Shown here in pieces: positions 16,979 through 24,457 of a stretch of 37,836 nucleotides of DNA. The notes under the pieces are model-generated. The model was not told the origin of the DNA. It made no database searches and was given only the letters and a program-made list of their open reading frames with translations. Each line of letters starts with the position of its first letter. The stretch's first letter is position 1. Source of the DNA: Candidatus Nitricultor lacus. Lineage in GTDB: Bacteria; Atribacterota; Atribacteria; Atribacterales; Atribacteraceae. The stretch spans positions 1 through 37,836 of the forward strand of contig SKXZ01000224.1 of assembly GCA_007128145.1 (NCBI GenBank), written 5' to 3'. Position numbers and translations under genes: made by a program.

Positions 16979-18087
16979 ACCAATTTTGATACTTCCCGTA
17001 CCCGTTCGATATCTCCCGGTGGAGAAATTTCATCGGATATACCCAGTATCAAACGGGGAGCAAAAAGATCGATAACTTTTTTTGAAGTTTCCACAAATTC
17101 TTCCCTTTCGTATTCGGGTAAAAAGTGGAGCATGGGGATGCCGTCCAGAAGAATAGTCTCACCCATGGCTTCCTTTATCTCTTCCAGAGTAACATCTCCC
17201 TGGGGAAGCGGGGTGGCCGCTTCGATCCCGTCGAAACCAGCGTCATTGATGTAGGGGAGCAGGGGTTTGAGAACACCGTCCATGTGTACGTGGCAGTACT
17301 TGTGCGCACGGTGAAGCTGATCCACTCTCTTGCGGTAATAGGGAACCATGTATTCTGAAAATAGGCGGGGAGAATTAAACCGCCCGTCGATATTTTCACC
17401 GAAGTTGAGAATACGTACCGGGCAATTGCACAATACCTCGAAAAGTTCATCTTCAGCTTCCTGCGTAATTTTCAGGTATTCCTTGATGCGTTCTGGATAA
17501 TCGTAAAGGGCTTCGCAGGTTCGGACGATTCCAAGGTACTCGAGAAACAGGCGTTGAAAAGGGCTGCGTTCCCAGTAAAACTGTATCTCACCCCGGTCAC
17601 CGATTACACGGCGTGCTTCCTGGTAAAAATCCTGATCAAAGCGATAACGGGTATGACGGTATATATACTCGATAACGGCCAGGTCATCCGGTCCATTCAC
17701 GGGATGATCGAGATAATGCCAGGACAATCCGCCCTCAGCCAACCCTTTTCGGCCGGTGAGGGTGCCAACAGGGGTGTCAAAGGTCACCTCGATGTCTTTT
17801 TCCCGGCGAATTTCCCGAATTTCTACTCCACCGGTGTACTCAAAGTGTATATACGTACGAGGTGTTGAGATGTCCGTTCCCTCACCGTACCAGTAGCGTA
17901 TCGAAGCCCCCACATCATCGTACACGCCAAGAAGCGGGGTGTCACGGTAGGCTTGCGGTAATTCCCCGGTGAGCTTGTTCACATGGTACCAGTGTTCCAA
18001 CCTCGGTTGCCAGGCCACCCGGTCGATTTCTTTCCTCTGAAAGGTACGTAAAACCCGTTCCCGGTCAGTCAAGCGTTTTTTCTCCAT
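16888..18087 (-). CDS. Uroporphyrinogen-decarboxylase (URO-D) family protein of unknown substrate
   Basis: Start at ATG 18087 (MEKKRLTDRERVLRTFQRKEIDRV, typical URO-D-like/MtaA-like N-terminus; SD GGGGGGAG). The last 30 aa or so (…SGICPSGSETDKGRGRRSGEGEAGNC) are encoded by repeat modules. Confidence 0.6.
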   Translation of the reverse strand: MEKKRLTDRERVLRTFQRKEIDRVAWQPRLEHWYHVNKLTGELPQAYRDTPLLGVYDDVGASIRYWYGEGTDISTPRTYIHFEYTGGVEIREIRREKDIEVTFDTPVGTLTGRKGLAEGGLSWHYLDHPVNGPDDLAVIEYIYRHTRYRFDQDFYQEARRVIGDRGEIQFYWERSPFQRLFLEYLGIVRTCEALYDYPERIKEYLKITQEAEDELFEVLCNCPVRILNFGENIDGRFNSPRLFSEYMVPYYRKRVDQLHRAHKYCHVHMDGVLKPLLPYINDAGFDGIEAATPLPQGDVTLEEIKEAMGETILLDGIPMLHFLPEYEREEFVETSKKVIDLFAPRLILGISDEISPPGDIERVREVSKLVDEYSGICPSGSETDKGRGRRSGEGEAGNC

Positions 18088-18217
18088 TGAATTTCTCCCC
18101 CCAAGAGTCGTGAGCCGTGAAAACACACAACATACAGTACCTTTTCCTTCAAACTTCGCTGCACAATAGCCTTATATACCTTTACAGGCATAAAGAACTA
18201 TAAACCATGCATCATAG

Positions 18218-19393
18218 CTATACCAATGTCTCGAAGTAGGAGGTTATGGCCTGCCGGGCTGCTCCCAAGGCGACCGTGTCAACCTCTCCCTTGCTTCTCA
18301 ATATGGGGGTGTCAGAAGCTCCGAGAGAGAAAATATGTTCATGGGCTACGCTTTGGGCTTCTTCACAGTAAATGGGGCAGCGGCGGCTTATTTCTCCTCC
18401 CAGTATGACAGCTTCCGGATTCAACACGTTGACAACATTCGCAATTCCCTTGCCCAACATCATTCCCGCCTCAACCAGCACATCTCGCACCATGGGATTG
18501 CCGGCTTCATAGGCCTGCATAACCCAGTCAAAATCAATCTCAGGGAGCGCGTTTCCATCCCTTTTCTGCAATCTTTTTTTCACTTCTCTCGAGAGGGCCG
18601 AAGTCGATGTGTACTGTTCAAGGCATCCCCTGTTTCCACAATAACAAGGGATCCCATCACGCTCGATTACCATGTGGCCGAATTCACCACTCGCACGGTT
18701 ACGCCCTCTCACCATCTCACCTTTGTAGACCATCCCCCCACCTGTACCCCAATCCAGATACACATAGAAGAATGTTTTATACTCCCTTCCCCAACCGAAT
18801 ATCATCTCGGCTAAAGTAGAAGCGCGCGCGACATTTTCGATAAACACCGGGTAAGGGAAAAGCGGAGAGAACTCTTCTTCGGCGTCAATGGAATGCCAGC
18901 CAAAAAAAGGCGATTGAGTTATGTGTTCAGCCGACTTGAACAAGTACCCCGGAGTGCCCACCCCAACTCCCGCGATCATTTCCCTCGGAAGAGAAGCTTT
19001 TTCGCGCATCCTTTCTACCTCAAGGGATAACTGGGAAGCCAGAGAAAGAGGGCCTCGTGAGATGTCGGGTACAACAGTGGTGCGGTCTTGAATGGTGCCT
19101 GAAAGGTCACAGAGGACAAGTGAGGTCGCTCGGGAAATCTCCGCCCCGAAAACATAACGATGATCAGCGTTGATTTCAAGCAGGAGAGGACGTCGTCCGC
19201 CGGAAGAATCTCCCTTGCCCACTTCACGCAGCAGCTTCTCTTCGAGCAAGCTATCGACAATGCGTGATACAGAAGGGAGAGACAGGCCGATGCGCCGGGA
19301 AAGTTCCGTTCGAGACAAGGGAAACTCTTTCTCGATGACCCGTAAAATACTTTGCCGGTTGATTTTACGAATTAAGGGTGGGTTCCCTCTCAT
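18218..19393 (-). CDS. ROK-family transcriptional regulator (NagC/XylR-like)
   Basis: Start at ATG 19393. N-terminal wHTH (SRTELSRRIGLSLPSVSRIVDSLLEE), ROK glycine motifs, and the zinc motif CYCGNRGCLEQY. Confidence 0.85.
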   Translation of the reverse strand: MRGNPPLIRKINRQSILRVIEKEFPLSRTELSRRIGLSLPSVSRIVDSLLEEKLLREVGKGDSSGGRRPLLLEINADHRYVFGAEISRATSLVLCDLSGTIQDRTTVVPDISRGPLSLASQLSLEVERMREKASLPREMIAGVGVGTPGYLFKSAEHITQSPFFGWHSIDAEEEFSPLFPYPVFIENVARASTLAEMIFGWGREYKTFFYVYLDWGTGGGMVYKGEMVRGRNRASGEFGHMVIERDGIPCYCGNRGCLEQYTSTSALSREVKKRLQKRDGNALPEIDFDWVMQAYEAGNPMVRDVLVEAGMMLGKGIANVVNVLNPEAVILGGEISRRCPIYCEEAQSVAHEHIFSLGASDTPILRSKGEVDTVALGAARQAITSYFETLV

Positions 19394-19424
19394 TTTCTTA
19401 CTTAACCTTTGTAAGAATGAATCT

Positions 19425-19453
19425 ATTGTAGGAAAGCACACAAACTCTGTCAA
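19425..19453 (-). promoter_or_regulatory. Consensus-like sigma70 promoter of the ROK regulator gene
   Basis: Minus strand: TTGACA (19453-19448), 17 nt spacer, TACAAT (19430-19425). Confidence 0.65.
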
Positions 19454-19536
19454 GTGGTAAAATCCGGTGAGTCCTCCCACGAACAATCACGTTTATATTC
19501 AGGCGCATTCACTGTCCAAGTGAAATCGAACGCTTA

Positions 19537-19564
19537 TTGACACGGGGATTTAAGGGAGTATAAT
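19537..19564 (+). promoter_or_regulatory. Consensus sigma70-type promoter of orphan RNA-2
   Basis: TTGACA (19537-19542), 16 nt spacer, TATAAT (19559-19564). It is divergent from the ROK promoter, 84 bp away. Confidence 0.65.
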
Positions 19565-19569
19565 AAAAG

Positions 19570-19743
19570 ATGTAGCGGGCTTTCGAGAGATTGGATGCCT
19601 TGAGGGTCGAAATGTTGGGAGGTTTATCTCCCTAAAAAAACAGCAATGCTGTAGACCCTTTACCGGACGGGGAACCTCGGAAAGGCCAGAGAGGTGCTCC
19701 GAAAGGGTGCAAAGGCAAAAGGTCTGTTGAAAGCCCGTTTTTT
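19570..19743 (+). ncRNA. Orphan structured small RNA (RNA-2), class unassigned
   Basis: The closing helix CGGGCUUUC/GAAAGCCCG (3' arm 19729-19737) is followed by U6. It is extended by AGAUU/GGUCU and UGCCUU/AAGGCA. An internal three-way junction GGGUC...GACCC encloses hairpins GGGAG-GUUUAU-CUCCC and ACAGC-AAU-GCUGU, and there is a further branched arm. There is no ORF and no downstream same-strand gene. Confidence 0.55.
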
Positions 19744-19753
19744 CGTTGAGGTT

Positions 19754-20059
19754 TCATCCCAAAACCACGCGCATCACCCATACTGTCACTACTCCAACCG
19801 CCATGGAAAGCAAGAGGTTTTTGGAACGTAACGCAGTCACGGCGGTAGCAGCGATGGCTATGGCCTCGGCTACTCCACCGCGGGCTGCCGCGGGAGCCAC
19901 AATGGATATCAGGACGGTTCCCGGCACATGCTCCAACAGGCGCCTCAAGCGAGGGGAGAGGCTCCGGCGGTCCGCCATCCAGTATCCAAATATTCTGGTT
20001 GCATAGGTGACTGCCGCCATAGCACAAATGGTGGCAATAGTCCGTACGTCAATTCCCAT
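19754..20059 (-). CDS. azlD: AzlD-family branched-chain amino acid transport protein
   Basis: 101 aa with 3-4 TM segments, immediately downstream of and overlapping azlC by 11 nt. Confidence 0.75.
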   Translation of the reverse strand: MGIDVRTIATICAMAAVTYATRIFGYWMADRRSLSPRLRRLLEHVPGTVLISIVAPAAARGGVAEAIAIAATAVTALRSKNLLLSMAVGVVTVWVMRVVLG

Positions 20060-20759
20060 GGGTGAACGCTCCGGTGATGCTTCCCGCCACAGCCCCTGCC
20101 AGTATATACCAGCTGCCGGGCAACAAGCGGGAGAAAATCACGGCTGTACATGCCGCCACAGCCCAGGGGAACACATCCGACTTTCCTCTCCACATACCAC
20201 ACAACAAGGACACAAAAACAGCGGTAAAGGCGAAATCAAAACCATATCGCTCCGGTTGAGCAAGTGCTCCCCCCACCGTTCGGCCGATGGCGGTAGAACT
20301 CAACCAGGCGATGAATACGGCCAACCCACTTCCCAGAAAAAATGCCGCATCCCTGTTTCCCCGAGCGAACCATCCCATGGTGAGCGCCCAGCTTTCGTCA
20401 TTCATCAAGAAGAGTGATCCATAGGCGTACGAAGGCCGGAGGCCGGAGAACCAGCGCGCCAGTGCCGCTCCCATCAAGATATAGCGCAGATTCACTACCA
20501 GGGTGGTGAGAACAAGAGTTGTGGCAGGAGGAGGATGTGCCCATATCTCAAGAGCGACAAGTTGCGAGGAACCGGCAAATACGGTAGCGCTCATGAACAC
20601 CGCCTCGGAGAGCTCTAACCCTACCTGGCCGGCCAGAACACCGAAAACCACACCGTATGTCGCTACCGCCAACGCTATCGGTATGCTCTGTGCCATTCCG
20701 GTGAACAAAGCGCTTTTTGTGAAGGGAGGTATAGTTTTCAAACGGTTATTTTTTTCCAC
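20049..20759 (-). CDS. azlC: AzlC-family amino-acid exporter subunit
   Basis: 236 aa polytopic protein. VFAGSSQLVALE is the typical AzlC motif. Confidence 0.8.
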   Translation of the reverse strand: MEKNNRLKTIPPFTKSALFTGMAQSIPIALAVATYGVVFGVLAGQVGLELSEAVFMSATVFAGSSQLVALEIWAHPPPATTLVLTTLVVNLRYILMGAALARWFSGLRPSYAYGSLFLMNDESWALTMGWFARGNRDAAFFLGSGLAVFIAWLSSTAIGRTVGGALAQPERYGFDFAFTAVFVSLLCGMWRGKSDVFPWAVAACTAVIFSRLLPGSWYILAGAVAGSITGAFTHGN

Positions 20760-21654
20760 CGTTTTTCTCTCCCTTTTCTTCAGGCAAGCGTCCCAGGATA
20801 TTAACCACTATCGCACCAACAAGGGCGACTGCACCCCCGAGGAGTGAAAGGTAGGTGGGTATTTCGCCCAACCACACCCAGGCAATAAGGATAGCCAGAA
20901 CAGGAGACAGGTACAAGAAACTCGCCAGGCGGGAAGCAGGGAGATATGCAAAAGCATGGGTCCAGGCCACATAAGCAAGTGCCGCGGGAAATACGCCCAG
21001 GTACACGACAGCAGCCGTTGCCGAGAACGGGGCATTTCGCAGGGTTTCTGAAATACCTCCCAGGAAGGGAAACATAAAAAAGGTACCTGACCAGATAACA
21101 TAGGTAGTAAGTTCGATTCCACGATACCGTTTCAAGAGAGGTTTCTGGAAAACGAAGTACAGACTGGTGGAGACAGCGGCCAGCAAAACAAGAAACGCAC
21201 CTGTTTCCAGCCTGAAACCCCCTCCTTCACCCAGAGAAAGAAGCATCACTCCGAAAAAACTCAATCCAATACCCAGCCATCCCCAATGATTCAAATTTTC
21301 CTGCAGGAAAAAACGCGCCAACAACGCTATAAATACCGGACTCGAGGAGATGAGGAGACTGGCGGACCCCGCTGCCACGGTGAGTTGACCGTAACTTAAA
21401 GCCAGGTGGTATACGGTTATACCGAGAAAACCCAAAAGCAGAATGAGTGGCACATCGCGCCTTTCGGGCATACGCATACGGGTAAGAGAGGCATAAACAC
21501 CGAGCACTATCGAAGCGACCAGAAAGCGGAAAAGTGCAAGGTGTGCCGGAGGGTATGCCGACAGGGCAGCTCCGATGCCGGCAAACGCAGAGGACCACAT
21601 GAGGATTGTGATCATGGCCAGGAGAAGGTACGGAGATTCAGCTGTGCGTTTCAT
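20746..21654 (-). CDS. EamA/DMT-superfamily transporter
   Basis: 302 aa, 10 TM segments and two EamA-like halves. It overlaps both neighbours. Confidence 0.8.
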   Translation of the reverse strand: MKRTAESPYLLLAMITILMWSSAFAGIGAALSAYPPAHLALFRFLVASIVLGVYASLTRMRMPERRDVPLILLLGFLGITVYHLALSYGQLTVAAGSASLLISSSPVFIALLARFFLQENLNHWGWLGIGLSFFGVMLLSLGEGGGFRLETGAFLVLLAAVSTSLYFVFQKPLLKRYRGIELTTYVIWSGTFFMFPFLGGISETLRNAPFSATAAVVYLGVFPAALAYVAWTHAFAYLPASRLASFLYLSPVLAILIAWVWLGEIPTYLSLLGGAVALVGAIVVNILGRLPEEKGEKNGGKK

Positions 21655-22508
21655 CCCTTGTTTATACTCCCGCTCAAGCGATCGAGTCCCTCGTTCATGC
21701 TTCCTGTACGATAGCCGGAAAGGTCAAGAGTGACATAAAGGTACCCCAGCTTCTGCAGTTCCTCTGTTACTTTAACCCGTATTTCTTTTTTCATGAAACG
21801 CTCGAATTCGCTTTGCGCCAGTTCAACCCGGGCCGTATCACCATGATGGCGTACCCGGAACTGGGTAAATCCCAATTCGAACAACACATTTTCTGCTCTT
21901 TCAATGTTCTCGAGGAGTGAGGAGGTAAGCACGGTATGATAGGGGATCCTGCTCGCCAGGCAGGCATAAGAGGGGCGATCCCAGGTTGGAAGATCCAGGT
22001 TGCGGGATAGAGCGCGAATTTCTTTTTTGGTGAAACCCGCTTCCCGTAGAGGACTTCGTATCTCGAGCTCTTGCAGGGCCTGCAGGCCGGGGCGAAAGTC
22101 TTTTTCATCGTCAAGGTTTGAACCTTCTCCCACCCAATCGCACTCTTGACGGGAGGCCACTTCACGCAGGCGAATAAACATTCCTTTTTTACACCAGTAA
22201 CAGCGCTCAGGCGTATTTTGTGCCACCGACACATCACACAATACGTCATGCTCGAGTACCTGTAAGGGCAGACCGAGATCCACGGCAGTCTCCCGGGCCC
22301 ACATGAGTTGCCGCTTGCCCATTACAGAAGAGTTTATAAACATGGGAAACGTTTTTCCCGGTAGTACCTGGCAGGCGGTATAAGCTAAAAAGGTACTGTC
22401 TACACCACCTGAATAAGCCACCAGAACCTTGGAGGCGGTGGAAAGAATATGTTTGAGTTTTGTATATTTTTCCAGGACAGTATCCTTTTCAACAAATATG
22501 TGCACCAT
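21651..22508 (-). CDS. larE: LarE-family PP-loop ATP-dependent sulfur transferase (TIGR00268-like), Cys-rich variant
   Basis: PP-loop AYSGGVDS. ACLASRIPY, RVRHHGDTARVEL and YVTLDLSGYRTGSMN align by eye with L. plantarum LarE (SCSVSSRFPYG, RVRFHNDIARIEL, YVTLDLGGFRSGRMN). There is an additional CYWC motif. Confidence 0.7.
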   Translation of the reverse strand: MVHIFVEKDTVLEKYTKLKHILSTASKVLVAYSGGVDSTFLAYTACQVLPGKTFPMFINSSVMGKRQLMWARETAVDLGLPLQVLEHDVLCDVSVAQNTPERCYWCKKGMFIRLREVASRQECDWVGEGSNLDDEKDFRPGLQALQELEIRSPLREAGFTKKEIRALSRNLDLPTWDRPSYACLASRIPYHTVLTSSLLENIERAENVLFELGFTQFRVRHHGDTARVELAQSEFERFMKKEIRVKVTEELQKLGYLYVTLDLSGYRTGSMNEGLDRLSGSINKG

Positions 22509-23509
22509 TATATCCTCAGGCTTTCCAGTAATTGGTTGGAGGGAGAATCCACCGGGAACTCACGCTTTTCTCCCCCGGCTTTTTCCATTATCACAAGGGC
22601 TTTTGTGTCGGGAAACTTGGAATAACGGATAATAATACGGGATGCGAGCTCTTCGGTGCCGGGATCGAATGCTCCCCTTCCAATCCCCAGCGGTCCCTTT
22701 CGACTCACGGGGAAAAACACTCGATCATCGGACTTTTTCAATTGAAGCAAGCGTTCGTTTTCTTCCTGGTGTCGTGCCACCACCAGCTTGGCACGAGAGG
22801 ATAAACGAAAGTGCCGTCCAAACTTCAAGAGTTCAATATCCTGCATATCAAAGGGAGGATGCTCAAACAAATCTCTCAGGCGATGAGAATAACGGGGATC
22901 GGTGAGCAGGCACCCGCCGGCGGGTGGGGGATAGTTTTCCACCCCCAACTCACGGGCGAGTTCCATCTGGGGTTTGCGGGTCCTGCCGGAAAAATCACAC
23001 AACAGTTCCCTATCCACCCACCCTTTCTTCTCGGGTATGGTAGGAGGGAACTTGCGGGCCGAAAGAGGCCGCAGAAGCATTCCCTCGAGACCGGATTCCC
23101 TCTCTATAGTGCTTAAAGAAGGTCCATGCTGGCTCTTGGGACGCTGCCCAAGCACTTCACCCGTGACGACGAATGAGGCGCCCTCGCGTTCCATCCGCTC
23201 TTTTGTTTTTTGCAGCATCAGGATTTTGCAGTCCACACAGGGATTGAGATACCGTCCGTGTCCGAAGCGAGGAGAACACACCACGCGCAGGGCTTCCTCC
23301 CGCAGAGGGATTTCACGGTAAGAAAGATTCCGGTCCTCACAAAATGCCTTCATTTCCTTGAGTTTCTGTTCCGCGTTTTTTTCATGTTCAAAACCGGTGC
23401 GAAAATGATAGCAAACAATTTTTATACCTTGGCGGGCAACCAGTATGGCTGCCAATCGGCTGTCAAGGCCACCCGAAAACAAGGCAATGGCTTTTATTGT
23501 ATTTTTCAT
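22508..23509 (-). CDS. PP-loop (AANH) ATPase, ThiI/MnmA-like sulfurtransferase without a THUMP domain
   Basis: Start reassigned to ATG 23509 (MKNTIKAIALFSGGLDS = PP-loop). Contains NPCVDCK (CxxC), TGEVLGQRPKSQ and LRPLSA. The track ORF's first 60 aa are translated repeat. Confidence 0.65.
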   Translation of the reverse strand: MKNTIKAIALFSGGLDSRLAAILVARQGIKIVCYHFRTGFEHEKNAEQKLKEMKAFCEDRNLSYREIPLREEALRVVCSPRFGHGRYLNPCVDCKILMLQKTKERMEREGASFVVTGEVLGQRPKSQHGPSLSTIERESGLEGMLLRPLSARKFPPTIPEKKGWVDRELLCDFSGRTRKPQMELARELGVENYPPPAGGCLLTDPRYSHRLRDLFEHPPFDMQDIELLKFGRHFRLSSRAKLVVARHQEENERLLQLKKSDDRVFFPVSRKGPLGIGRGAFDPGTEELASRIIIRYSKFPDTKALVIMEKAGGEKREFPVDSPSNQLLESLRI

Positions 23510-23529
23510 AGAGTGTTTCCCTCTAAATA

Positions 23530-23870
23530 GATTGTATATGCGTAGACAAATGGGTGGATGTGTAAATGCGTATAAGGGTAAAAGGGGGGGGGCAAATGCA
23601 GTGAGTCGGGAGTAGTGGAAAGGTTTAAATGCCGTGAGGAGTAAGGAGTGAGGGGTGAGGAGTAAAAGGCCCCACTTCTTACGATTCACTGCTCACGGCA
23701 TTTATCATTCCCCATTTCACCTTCCCCGCCCCACTTTCCCCGGCTTTTACCCGATTCACGGCCCGAAGGACTGTCACTGCCCGAAGGGCATTCCCCCTCG
23801 ACTCTAACCCTTGACTCTCGGCTGCCTTTAGATTTCCCTTCTAACTTCTAACCTCTTACTCTTCACCGTT
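23530..23870. repeat. Mosaic repeat block (module B inverted 23530-23591, A inverted 23592-23622, long hairpin D 23627-23703, C 23707-23752, E 23754-23797, CTCTAAC/AACTTCT heptamers to about 23870)
   Basis: It is largely collinear with 31385-31607 for about 190 nt. Module A/B is sense-oriented upstream of the ThiI-like gene. Confidence 0.85.
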
Positions 23871-23938
23871 TTTAGAATCCTTCTTCCCCAGTTTTTTCTC
23901 TTAGTATACATATTCGGGATGAGTTTTTCACCCCAATC

Positions 23939-24457
23939 TCAGAGCACCGGCACTCCCATGGATTCGACAGAACGGATGAGTTCGGCTTCATCTATGACCA
24001 GCATGCCATCCTGAATCGAAAGTTCGGCACTTACCGGGTGGGGTGTGCATTCTCCTTCTTCTGTTCCTATGTTCTTGAGCGGATAGGGGTTGCCACATAC
24101 TTCACATACCATATTTTCACCCTGCAGTGAAAATCCAAGTCGGCTTCCGGCACAAAACCGGCAGGCGTTGACTGCCGAACGAAATATCCCCTCTGCGTCT
24201 TTTACCACAAAAAAGGGCACCAGCGGCTCATTTGGAAGAGTTGTATGGTAATAGCGGACATCCCCGGGTGAGAAATCATCAAGCGATAGAAATATTTTTC
24301 CTTGCTCGGCGTTCACCTGTTCTCCAATTTCTCCGGCAAACAAAACCTCCGCTTCCCGAGCGGGAAAGATTCCAGTAAGAAATAAGATCACCAACATGAC
24401 AGCCGCAGCCGGGATCACAACAAACAATATCTTCTTCATTATTTTGCTCCCTTTCAA
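23939..24457 (-). CDS. Membrane-anchored Cys-rich protein, FtrD/DUF2318-like
   Basis: N-terminal TM segment. The [13 protein letters not shown]...[12 protein letters not shown]...GECTPHPV pattern resembles the DUF2318 CxxC...CxxCG...C-x-P motif. Its start overlaps the metA stop by 4 nt. Confidence 0.5.
   Translation of the reverse strand: MKGSKIMKKILFVVIPAAAVMLVILFLTGIFPAREAEVLFAGEIGEQVNAEQGKIFLSLDDFSPGDVRYYHTTLPNEPLVPFFVVKDAEGIFRSAVNACRFCAGSRLGFSLQGENMVCEVCGNPYPLKNIGTEEGECTPHPVSAELSIQDGMLVIDEAELIRSVESMGVPVL

Noticed and set aside
19746-20006. An 86 aa plus-strand ORF downstream of RNA-2, which could have made RNA-2 a 5' leader
   Set aside because: It is entirely antisense to azlD, Ala/Thr-rich and without an SD. 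In addition, RNA-2 ends in a helix plus a U6 tract before it.
23510-23689. N-terminal extensions of track ORFs containing LLTTPYS / LLLTPHS / TTHDSRLTTH peptides (also 8714-8863, 11391-11468, 16317-16391 and 18088-18126)
   Set aside because: These are translations of repeat module A. In every case a start codon with a good SD lies downstream and gives a canonical family N-terminus (PP-loop, signal peptide and so on).
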